Shown here one piece after another: positions 51,551-64,000 of a stretch of DNA of 64,000 nucleotides. Origin of the DNA: Octopus sinensis (Eukaryota); the NCBI RefSeq assembly GCF_006345805.1, contig NC_042999.1, positions 31,372,001 through 31,436,000 of the forward strand, read 5' to 3'. The notes under the pieces were generated by a model. The model did not search any database, was not told the DNA's origin, and saw only the letters and a list, made by a program, of their open reading frames with translations. Each line of letters begins with the position of its first letter. The stretch's first letter is position 1. Made by a program: the position numbers and the translations under genes.

Positions 51551-53667
51551 ATATATAGGGAGAATTCAGAAGAAAAGACAAAAGGCGAAGCCAGGTGCTG
51601 TAGACAACAAACAGATGTATTAGTATAACGCTCGAGAAGTGAAAAAGTTGTTAACGTTTCGAGCCTACGCTATTCCACAGAAAGGAACAAAAACAAAAAT
51701 GTGTAGTGGCTTGCGATTTATCTTGGTGAATGCCGATACACAAATTGAGAGCGCGGAATAGCTAAAATCCGGGATCCATATCTTTCAGCAGAGCTAGTTG
51801 ATCTTTGATGTTAACCAACAAGATGTGTTCCACTAAACTATTCATCAGGCCGAGTTTTCAAGCCATGTAAACATGCATAAATATGTTTGTTCATTTATAA
51901 GTGTTTCAGTTGTATGTATGTATGTATCTATGTATGTATATATGTATGTAAGTACACGTTCACGTGTACGGAAACATATATATGTCGGTGTGTATGAACA
52001 TGATCGCTATGTGTATTTATGGATATATGTATGTATTTTTTGTTACCTTGGTGCGTATATATACATGTGTGCGCATAAAGAAGCTCTTATGCCTTATATA
52101 CTTGTAGCTAAGGTTTCATGAATATATTACAACACCAGTGCTTTTAAATTCGGAAAAACGTACCGAACTCTCTCCCACATATTGTCTTTTTCTCTCACTT
52201 ATTTTTTTATATTTCTGATAATTTAGTCTATCTTGCTCACTCAACCTCAGTCTCTATTTATCTCTTTCACTCAGCATCATTCTCGCTCTATCCTTTCTTG
52301 TTTACCTATCCATACTTCTTTGCCTGTCCGCTATTATCAAACTGTTGCATTTAAAATTGTTCCACCAATCCTTTGTCATGCACACTCACACACAATAACC
52401 AAGCATTTATAACAACTATCAGCATGCATAATATATCTATGTATTCATGTCTTGTTTTTATACAACTTGTTAAACTTTGCTATAAATTCATGATAATAGA
52501 TTCCGTTTTATGTTTATCTATGCCTTGGGATTTGCCAATAGATTCTTACTTATGATAATGAAAATGTGCAGTGGAAATATTAATGTTCTTTAAACAGATA
52601 AGCTATTTACAGAAGGAAAATATTGTAACATATGTATTTTTTTCTTCCCTGACTCGCCAACACTTTCTGTATTATCCCAAACCGTCTGTAAAAAAAAGAA
52701 CATTTTAAATGACGAGGAACATTCGTTACAAATGAGGAATATTATCTGCAGTAACACTGAAAAGCAAAAACAATAAAATTTATGAAATGAAAAACAATAT
52801 AAGCTTTAAGAAGGTAACTTATTTGTTGAACAACTAATGCAGCAAATACGATAGAAAGCGAATCATAAAACGAACGCAAAATTGTGATTTATTCTTAGGA
52901 CGTTGGCTGTTTGTTAGGCATTTTTACGTTATGACTTCAGATATTCACCGGGATCAATTTCAGGCAATATCCTGCCGGTGTCGATAAACATACTGACTTG
53001 AATGGCTGATTCCACTTCGCAGAACTCTGTCAATTTATGTATGCAAGAAATTATTTCATTTAATGTTATTCTTACTGCAAGATCACTATTAAATATTGCA
53101 GTGTGATATTTAATAAGTTGTATTCGAGTTCAGAGCTGAAATCATCCCTAAGACGATTTTGCGTTCACATTGCTTCTTCAAACAGAAAGTGTTGACAAAA
53201 AAAATGTACCGCACATCGTTAGTATAACGCTACCATCTCGCCGTTAACATAATATGGAAATATTTCAAATTTCAAAAGGTACTTTGACGTTCACGCTTCC
53301 CATGTTCCAATTCATTGAGTTTAATTGGTGTTACTTAACCCTAAAAGTGGCGTGATGTTAGTAATCAATATAAACATAATTTACAGGTGAAAAAAGGAAA
53401 TATACAGTAATAATATATACCTTTCTTTTCATATTACTCAAATCTCCTCTGTGTGTGTGCATTTATAGATAATAACACACACACATTTTATATAAATATA
53501 TATATATTTACATACATAAGGGTAGAACTTTGGAATGAGTGATGAACACTACATTGGTAGATAAATAATATCTTTCTTTTTGAATTAAGCCTCAATTCAC
53601 AAATAAAGAAAATATCATAGAACCAAACATATATATATATATACACATATATATATCTATTTTTTGT

Positions 53668-53974
53668 TCCTTCTCGAGCCATAACTGGCTCATTAGGGCC
53701 GGTTTCCCGGTTTTTTGGGGTTTTTTTTTGGTGTATAGGTTCCCCACCTCGATGGAAAGCCGGTCCATCGCAGGTGAGCTGCAAGATGCAGGCGGATAGA
53801 ATGAGAGAAAGTTGTGGCGAAAGAGTCAGCAGAAGTTCGCCATTACCTTCTGCCGGAGCCGCGTGGAGCGTAGGTGTTTCACTCATCAACACACAAATCG
53901 CCCGGTCTGAGGTTCGAACCCGCGGTCCATCGACTGCGAGTCCGCTGCTCTAAGCACTAGGCTATGTGCCTCCA
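53668..53974 (-). mobile_element. OR-type (tRNA-Arg-derived) SINE, tail variant B
   Basis: Minus-strand head TGGAGGCACATAGCCTAGTGCTTAGAGCAGCGGAC-TCG-CAG...GGGTTCGAACC, with A and B boxes and TCG (Arg) at the anticodon position. Confidence 0.87.
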
Positions 53975-54924
53975 ATTATATATATCTATAGACACACACA
54001 CATATATATATATAAGAATAATTATGTATACATACACACATATATATAAATCGCACCCATATATACACACATGCACGTATATGGAAACATAAATCCTTAT
54101 ACGGACACACTCATATATATATATATATCAGTGTTTGTGTAAACAAAAATACGATGGCATCTTTACAACTATAACAAAAAAGAGCCAACTGGCATCATGT
54201 GATATTGTCTCCCTTTCCAGCAACATTCACACGTTTCCCTCACTTTTTCTCTTTGCTGAATATACACCGCCAACACTCCTATACACCCTATATTTAGGTA
54301 TCCCTCTCATCTTTTACACACCAACATACACTTTCATATATCACTCTTTCTATCTATGTCTAATTCTCTCTCACTATAACTAATCAGATTTTTTTTTTAA
54401 TACAATTCTTACAGAAAAGACAATTTCAGTAAAATGGAACATCCGTTAAGCATTAGAAATATCCCAAGAACAAACACATCACACAAACAATACAAAGATA
54501 AAAAAAAAGATAAACAAATATCAACAATAAAAATTATTACAACAACAATTACAAATAATATAACAACAAAAAGTTACAAAGAGAAAAACATGAATTTGGC
54601 ATAAAAACAAACCAAATGAGTTGTCGATAAGAATTGTACAGAATAAATGTGATAAGATCGATCCATTGGAGACTATAATATGGTTGAGTAGCCCTAAAAA
54701 GTATATAAGCAAAGATGGCCTACATTTAACGGGAAAACATATTTTAGCGATTCAATAAAGAAATAAAGAAACGGTGATGTTCTGTTAACATTTCTTAATA
54801 AAGCATGTCCTAGGGATATTTTGCACTGTCCTTAAAATAGAAACAATGGATGATACAGAGAAAACATAAATGAATGTTTGTGTGTAATACTAATCGTATT
54901 TATGTTTGTTGGTAATATGCATTT

Positions 54925-55012
54925 GTGTTTATATATATATATATACATATATGTACATATATAGACATATATACATATATATACATATATATAAATATAT
55001 ATATATATACAC

Positions 55013-55043
<31 letters not shown>

Positions 55044-55065
55044 CACATATATATATATTATATAC

Positions 55066-55096
<31 letters not shown>

Positions 55097-55234
55097 TATA
55101 TTTATACATATATATATATATACATATATTTATACATATATATATATATATATATACATATATATATACCTATATATATATATACATATATATATACATA
55201 TTATATATATATATATATATACATATATATATAC

Positions 55235-55266
<32 letters not shown>

Positions 55267-55297
55267 ACACATATATATATATATACATATATATATA

Positions 55298-55331
<34 letters not shown>

Positions 55332-55706
55332 ATATATACACATATATATATATATACATATATTTATACATATATATATATATAATATATATATACACAT
55401 ATATATTATATATATATATACATATATATATACACATATATATATATATATATATTATACACATATATATATATATATTATATATATATACACATATATA
55501 TATATATACACATATATATATATATACATATATTTATACATATATAATATATATATATATTATACACATATATATATATACATATATTTATACATATATA
55601 TATATATATATATATAATACATATATATATACATATATATATAATATACATATATATATATATACATATATATATAATATATATATACATATATACACAT
55701 AGGTGC

Positions 55707-55741
<35 letters not shown>

Positions 55742-55748
55742 CACATTT

Positions 55749-55787
<39 letters not shown>

Positions 55788-55794
55788 AATACAC

Positions 55795-55829
<35 letters not shown>

Positions 55830-55925
55830 AATATATATTATATACATATATATATATGCATAAGTGTGTATATATATATATATATATATGCATAAGTGTG
55901 TATATATATGCATATATATGCATAA

Positions 55926-55975
<50 letters not shown>

Positions 55976-55977
55976 TT

Positions 55978-56028
<51 letters not shown>

Positions 56029-56045
56029 CACATATATATATGCAT
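54925..56045. repeat. About 1.1-kb (TA)n/(TATACA)n microsatellite
   Basis: Directly visible; accounts for all ORFs in this interval. Confidence 0.97.
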
Positions 56046-57729
56046 AAGTGTGTGGGGGGGTGTAATGTACGTGTGCATATGCATGGATGAATAGTCAAAA
56101 GAAGTAACAAATATAATTTTCATGCAAAGCCTTTTAGTAAAATGCTTCATAGAAAAGAATACGAAAACTAACGAAATTTAAGCATATATATATAATTATT
56201 ATATATTTGTCACCCAACTCGTTTAGCTTCTAATCATCCCCGATTGAGCAGATCTGTGAGCCAAGTTGTTTAAAACGTGACAAGTCCATCTTTTTTTCTA
56301 AGAGAACCTACCAGTATGACATGGAGTCTTTATATTTTTACAGAAATTGATTCGGATGCGAGGACGATTTACTTGCCATTTTAACTCAAGTTTTCGAAGA
56401 AATAGTTTGTATTTAATTAAAGTTTTCCATTAACTCACCTGCATATACATGTGTTTATATTATACAAATTTAGAAGAAAAACACTTAATGAAATTACTAT
56501 GATTGTACGTTTGATTCTTTGGAACTATCTAATAGGGAACAATTATGCCTACGCTGATTATTTAAAATTCTAACTTCTTTTTTCAGTCTTTAGAAGCAGA
56601 ATTATTGAAACTTATGAGTTAGTGTATCTTTTTCAGTGGAATAATTTAGGCCAACGGAAATTTATTAGTCCACGGCAGGGAGATATCAGTGAAATGACTA
56701 TTTGATTTTTTAAAATAATGTATCACGAGATAAATGATTTCAGTTTTCTTAAACTTTAACTTATTTACTTATATTCAGATGCAGTTCACCAGGTTACAGC
56801 TAGTGAAGTTCCAAGCCACATGATCTTCTGGAGATAATTCACATGACGATCGATGACACGTATAATTGCACTTTAATTTTACTATGTACTTTTAAGCATG
56901 AATTGAATACATTCCTAATTTCATACAAACACCAACATCCCCCCTCTCTCTTGTAGATAGATTGATAGATAAAAGCCAGCAGCAGCAGCAGAGAAGAGCA
57001 GCATGGGAAACAATATCCTGCATTTGCCTTTTCTTGTTTTGGTTTTGTATTCATCACCAATACTATACTAATTCATACAAAGCTCTCCATTCATGACAAT
57101 CAAGCTTGTGGTGTAAAACTGACGCTACTCTCTCGAATGATTTGTTGTTTTTCTTTCTATTTTTCTATAATGTCTCTCAATTCCGTCATCATCTTTATTA
57201 TATCTTTTGGTGTTTTTTGGCCATTTTCACCCGTCCTCATCATCCACTAACTTCAGAGAAACTTGTTTGTTATTCCTGGCATGATGGAAATCTGCACACG
57301 AGTGGACCCAATATGCAAGTGATGTGTCTTTGACGTCCACACTTTGGACGTTTCTTTTCGTTTCACTCTAAGTATTCGGCCGCATTTGCTGTCATTATTT
57401 CTGGCACCGAGTCGTTTACATACACATACCAGCAAATGTTTAATCACTCACACATGCACACACACGCAACTACTCACGCATGCACATACACACACAATTT
57501 CTCTCCTTTTCTCTGTCTTTCTTACATACACACACCAATGATAATGTATCATAGAAGACAGAATTAATTGAAGAAGACATAAACGCTAAACCACAACGTA
57601 GAATGTAAACATTAATCGATGTCTCCAGACGTTTACATAATCAAATGTAAACAAGTGAAATGGGAAAAAATATTCATTAAGCCGTAACATACAAGAAACG
57701 CAAGAGGAAATGAACGTAGAATTTCATAC

Positions 57730-58130
57730 ATAATTATCATCATTATCGTCGTCGCCATCAACATATTCATCATCACCATCATTAATATCATAGTCATTGT
57801 AATCATCACAGTCGCTGTTATCGGTGCCAACCTAATAACCTTCATCATTGGTTTTCACCATCATCATCGTCATCATAAACAGCGATAGCAATATCACCAT
57901 TGTCGTCTCACCACCTTCATCATTTTTGATACCAACGATGATGACAACAATAAATAACGAAGGATTTTGCACATAAACATAATTATTGTCATCGTCGTCG
58001 TCATCATAATAGTCATCATCATCGTCGTCAGCAATATCACCGTCGTCCTCGTCGGCATTAATATTGCCACCGACGCAAGCAACACCATCTTCACTTGTTA
58101 TATTATCGTTTCCATCATCAGCAAATGAAA
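57730..58130. repeat. Degenerate (CAT)n triplet tract
   Basis: Visible; explains the poly-D and poly-M ORFs. Confidence 0.85.
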
Positions 58131-58309
58131 CGTTAATATAACAAACAAAACGAAAGACAAATGTGTGAGACAAGAAAAGATAAGGACGAAAGAAAAATAT
58201 TCGTATTTATTACTATTGATATTTGATTAAACACGATATAGAATTTTAATCATTTTTCTTCGCAATATTAATATTACTGTTTCTATTGCTGGTGTTGTTA
58301 AAGTGGCAA

Positions 58310-59770
58310 GAAGGCAGAATCGTTAAAGCGTGGGACAAAAAGCTCAGCGCTAGTTTAAATCTCGTTGATATCACGTGGTCGGGAAAATAACATACTTGTC
58401 AAATACTAGGGTGGATATAAACGACTCACCTCCTCTTCACAAAGTTACTAATTTTAACTTAATTAGAAACAATTATTATCATTTTTAAAGCGGCGAGATT
58501 ATGGCTGCGAGCTGACAGAATTTTTAGCATGCGGGGGAAAATACTTCACAGTATTTTGTCTGCCGCTACGTTCTGAGTTCAAATTTCGCCGAAGTCGACT
58601 TTGCCTTTCATCCTTTCGGAGTGGATTAAATAAGTACCAATTACGCACTGGCGTCAATATAATCCACTTAATCCGTTTGTCTGTCCTTGTTTGTCCTCTC
58701 TGTGTGTAGCCCCTTGAGGGTGATAAAAAAGTAGGTATTATGTCCGTCATCACCTTCTGGATTCAAATTCCGCAGAAGTCAACTTTCGGAGTCGTTACAA
58801 TAACTTCCAGCCGAGTACTGTGGTGGATGTAATTGGCTATTCCTCTCACCTGAATGTCAGGTATTATGCCTATAATAGAAAGGATTATTTAAGCGGTGAG
58901 ATAGTAAAATGAACAAAATGCTTAGCGACGTTTCCACCAGCTTTTAGTTCAGGATGCATATGCCGTCGAAGTCGACTTTATCTTTCATCGTTTCGGGGTC
59001 GGTAAAATAAGTACCAGCTTAGAGTATGGGTGATGTAGTCAACTTGCACCTTCCCAAAATCTGCTGGTCTTGTGCAAAATTTGAAACCAATGCTCATCTG
59101 TTATTAGTTGTAATATTATTTAGAATAGAAGTACTAGTATTAATAACAATTTCTAAGGTGACCAGCTGGCAGAATCGTAAGTACACCAGGGCAAAATTCT
59201 TAGCGGCATTCCGTCCGTTTTAATGCTTCGTGTTCAAATTCCTGCGACTTTGCCTTCCAATCCTTTCGGTGTCGATAAACTAAGTACCAGTGAAACACTG
59301 AGGGTCAATGTAATTAACCTGTCTCCTCCCCCAAAATGTCAGATGTTGTGCGTTTTGTAGAAAGGGTGCTACATTTAATAATATAAATTCATTAACATCG
59401 GTAGGAATGCGACAAGCAAGTAGAATCTTTAGTACGCGGGGCAAAATGCTTCCCTACAAATCGTCCGTCTTTACTCTCTGAAGGTAGACTACCACCGAGG
59501 TAGACTTTGCCTTTTATCTATTGAGGGTCGATAAAATAAAGAAATGTCGACCATTTGCGTCGATGTAATCAACTAACAGTTTCCCCTGAAATTGCTCTCT
59601 ATGCCAAAATCTGAAACCGATGTAGTTATTGACAGATACATTTTAACGCCTCAGAATGTTTTGTAGTTTTTCTGGCAGTCTTGCACATTCTGAGCGCGAA
59701 GGCCACCAACAACTATTTTACCTTTCATATGAGCGGGGTGAGGGAACATAAAATATAGTACCAGTAAATA
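58310..59770 (+). mobile_element. Head-to-tail cluster of about 7 family 3 SINE copies or fragments (starts at about 58310, 58490, 58740, 58890, 59155, 59410 and 59660)
   Basis: Repeated gcagaatc.ttagc / gttcaaatt / gtcgactttgcctttcatcc / gtcgataaaataagtacc modules, all on the plus strand. Confidence 0.88.
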
Positions 59771-59965
59771 AATAGCCTCGCTGTTAACGTTCGGCACTAC
59801 AGAATTGTTTTTCTCGTGTCAATATTAGAAAGAATTAATGTTAATATTTCTATGAGTGTAACTAATACAATTAATTACTGCTGCCTTATTGGATCTACAA
59901 ATTTTAAAATATCGCAAGCTGCTGTGGCTGATTATAGCTGCTGCTGCCGCTGCCCCTAATATAAT

Positions 59966-60003
<38 letters not shown>

Positions 60004-60543
60004 GTAGCAGTAATATCATTATGTTATAGATCAATCCAATTTCATAACTATACAGATCAGTCCAGATTATATGTCCATCCATGACAAGAAAAAAATAAAT
60101 TGATAGGATGTATAATAATAATACACAACCATTTAATATTAAAAATCCAAGATTGCTATAATTTAATACGTATCACTGATTTATAAACACGAGACTATGT
60201 TCGACTTTGCTGCACAATACATGCAACAGTAGCTAAGATGGGCTTCTGCATCCGCTTCAACAGATGTGCAAAGAAAAATTTGAAGACGATATCAGATGTT
60301 TGGAAAGATCTACAATGTGGGCTATTTATGGAGATTTTCTTCATAAAAAGCACAGTTGAATCGGAAGAATAAGACACTTTCGTTAACGCTTGAAGGAACA
60401 TATAACAAAAGACAGTCTGCTAGATCTATTATACAAGTGGTTGCACATAAAGGGCTGGCGTAGGCTATGGATTGAATAAATATATATATAGTGATATACA
60501 CACATACAAAATGGAAGTATATATAAATGGAACAAAAAACCAC

Positions 60544-60579
<36 letters not shown>

Positions 60580-60646
60580 ATATGTGTGTGTGTTTTAAGA
60601 GTATAGTTATCTAAATGTAGTTATCTATTTATTTTTTATACGTAGA

Positions 60647-60691
<45 letters not shown>

Positions 60692-63600
60692 GTATATATT
60701 CATACATATATACTTATACATATTTATACAAGCATGCGTGTATATATGTGTGTGTACACACACACACACACACACACATACATAGATTGGCTACAGCTCT
60801 GGAACAAAACTACAAAATGAAAAATGAATATATATGTGTTCTACGTCCTCGCGTTCTTGTGTTTTCTCTTTGTTCATGTTTGGATTAACTATAAACTTAT
60901 ATATATATATATATATTCATCTATTACACTGTTATCTTTAGTCAGGTTTCACAAGTCGATTACCGAGCAGATGAACGCATACAATACCCTCCAGGAAAGA
61001 AACACTAAAAAATGCCTCACTTACGAACAACAATGTAACTTGCAGTATATAATGCAGGACTCAAACCTTCTCATCAATAAAAAGCCACAAACATTGTTGG
61101 CCCGAGAACAATCTACAAATTATCAAGCAATGTAATTTATAGACATTACAGTAGAACTTTAGGATCCTTATCGTTATGTTGGAATTACTAACAGATCACG
61201 CTCTAAAAGGCTCACCGTGTACATATCAATATGAGCTATTGTAATATTTTATACAACACACCAGAAAAATAGAATTGTTTGAAAAATACTAGAGAAGAGT
61301 AGTTTTATACACTATAAATTTTTTTAGAAATTTAGAAGAATGCAAAATAAAAAAAAAAATAATGATTTAAACTGAATTGATATGTACTTCTCTTCATAAT
61401 CCTTGTACAATGAACAGGTACCTACTAATATAGTAGCAATTATTAGGAATCTTTTGGAACAGAACGTTGTCCGTAATTCATATAATACTGGAATTAGTGA
61501 TGTGCAAACTAGGTCTTATTTTCGAATGGAGAAGAAAATCACATATTTGTAAATATCTAAGTGGTTTCACATACTTCTCCATACAAGTAAATATCGTTTC
61601 CATTATTTTTAATAAGCTGATTTAAATATTCAGAGAGCAATAACGTCTAAGATGCTCTCAGAAATTTGTGAAAATAAATGTTAATTACCGATTATCGTAT
61701 ATTTCAGGTATATTTAAAAATGATCTTTAACAGATTGGAAAGTCTTGGATATGTTCAAAAGCAAAACTTCATCAGACGAAAGCGATTCATTAACTATTAG
61801 TTTCACGATAAGACATAATGTTATCGGAATAGTTATTTATATTAGAGTAGTATTGACATCTATTAGATAAATATTTCTACTTCCTTTGATATATAATGGG
61901 CGAAATAAACAGTATTATGAACGGCTCAACATTTTGTTTTACTGCAACCATTAATAGTTTCATATTTACCTTCTACTCCTCTTCGAATTAAGGATTTTTA
62001 AAGTTCACCGTAAATACTCAGATTACATCATTGAGGAACGTGACGAAAGGATTTCTTAAGGTATTTGTGAGTCGTTCTGATGTCAAGCAAATACTTTATT
62101 TGCTAGATACATCAGAGTTACATATTCATGCTGGACAATGGTATATAGACACATGCCACGTGTACGTTTAATTTCAGATAAATTAGGGATAAAACTGCAG
62201 TGCATTTTGAACTAAGTGGCAAAGGAGAAACCCGAAATCTTTGAATTCAAACAATTTTCACTTCTTTAATTTTTTTCTACCGCCCACTCGAATATAATTT
62301 TTCATAACAACCCATCTTTAAAGAAAAATAGAAAACAACGAAAGCAAGCTAATAAATAAGTTATAGCAAATTAATGATTTAGTACTTAAATGTGCCTTTG
62401 TTGTCCATCTCCACTTCACGATGTGTATATTTAACATTTTCTCACAACCGAACAACATTATACGCCATAATTGTAATAATCGGTGTATTTTATGGCGGCA
62501 TTCAAGTAGCTAATGGGATAATTGCAATAAACTAGAAATTAAAAAGAGCCAACTATTAAGCATTATCAGTGTGAACAAACAGCTATATAGAAGTGTTAAA
62601 AAAAACACAGTGAATCTAAAACGTTACATTTAAATTGACATTTTAAATTTGGACAAGGCAACTAGAAAAAAGTAACAGAGAGGATAAAAAGTAACAAGAT
62701 TCACATTTTAATTCCTTACAAGACAGCATCAACTTCAAAATAGCTATCTCAAATAATAATTTATTTTCTAAATGTCATGTTTTCAGTGAATATTAAAAAT
62801 AGAAAGATTATCTAAATATTAATGTCTGTTTCTCATCATCATCATCTGTCATACACACAAACACACATAGGTATGTACACACACAAATGCATACATACAT
62901 GTACATATATATATGTATATATAAAGGCATACACATATACGTACACACACGCACACATATACATACATACATACAGACAGACAGTCAGACAGACGTGCAA
63001 TCAGTATTCGTGCATTTTCGCTTTTGTCGGTTTTCTGTTAAGTTATATAGAAAACATATGTAAGATGAAAATTTACATGAAAGAAAACCATAAAATAAAC
63101 TTAGTTTCTTCCGAAAGCGACCAGATGAAAGCAAAAAGATATTTCCCATTATTCACTTCCTTGATTGGTTTTCGAGTTATTTCCTTCAAATCTAAATACA
63201 GTTTAATATTACACTTTTCTGCCGCCTGTAATAAGTGGACAATTCCACGGTGTGGAATATTTAACAGTTCAAGAAGTGACCTGTTACAAGTTTAATTTCT
63301 TTTTTCTGTCACCTATGGTTTTTTATGAAGAATCGCGGAACCAACGACACATTTTGTTCATGGTTTAAATTAATGGTTTTGTATAATGTAACAGGGAGAG
63401 CCTGTTAGACTAGACCAGTTAACAGCTAAGTGGTTTTGGTCAAAGCTAGTCATACAACTGTCTATCTTACTTTAAATACAAACATAGCTAACGAAGGCAT
63501 CGTGTTGTTCTACCTACTTATTTTATATATTTCAATTTACTTAAGTGATATATAGTTTTTTTTAAATTTCCAGACAAGAGAAAAATGAAAGAAAATGAAC

Positions 63601-64000
63601 TTTAGGCCATGCAAAATAACGGAGGAACTACACTGACGACTATACTTTTTAGTTTGTCTGGCGTCGACTTATTATTTGTCGTGACACCTTGTCTTTTAAA
63701 TCATAAATGTTCGAGACGACCACCCAGGGAGAAGTTAAATTGTTTCGTGTATGTGTGTGTGTGTTTTAAGCGCTACGCATGTGCGTTTGGGAAAAAACGT
63801 AGAACGAAAATCAAAAAAGAACGCAAGCGAATATCTACGAAAGATAAACAGAGCAACAAACAAAAATACAATCAGGAACGTAAGATCAAAGGAATTCGAA
63901 ACTTGGCCATCAATCTCTTAAATGACATAACAAAACAACAAACAAACGAACAAAAAAGTATTTTCTTTGAGAGAAATTGTGGATCATGTGACTCAAGTAA

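Noticed and set aside
53900-53974. tRNA-like sequence
   Set aside because: It is a SINE head that continues into a SINE body, with no complete acceptor stem; the same applies to the other tRNA-like heads.
56580-62080. Several plus-strand acceptor-like sites with short frames (about 56587, 56637, 56779, 60942, 61698 and 61992)
   Set aside because: T-rich AG sites are common in this composition; the frames stop quickly or do not chain in phase, and no homology was recognised.

Overview
Eukaryotic, strongly AT-rich, microsatellite-laden genomic DNA. The repeat content (Arg-tRNA-derived OR-type SINEs and other tRNA-derived SINEs) best fits an octopod cephalopod; this is an inference. The window is mostly intronic or intergenic. 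It holds decayed mobile elements: mariner D34D fragments, L1/Tx1-clade LINE fragments (ORF1, RT, C-terminus/3'UTR), R4/Dong-clade LINE fragments next to (TAA)n, and at least four SINE-like families. One SINE family forms head-to-tail arrays at about 13.5-14.5 kb and 58.3-59.8 kb. Almost all entries in the ORF track are microsatellite translations (YI/CV/HT/N/S runs) or antisense shadows. No intact protein-coding gene, rRNA, true tRNA gene or CRISPR array is recognisable. Several small segments have good splice signals and open frames on both strands, but I cannot assign them to a known protein and they are low confidence. I found no convincing novel system. The best leads are the microsatellite-associated SINE arrays with swapped 3' tails, a pre-miRNA-like hairpin at 42888-42965, and a few unexplained open frames. 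Element boundaries were read by eye and are approximate unless a length is stated.
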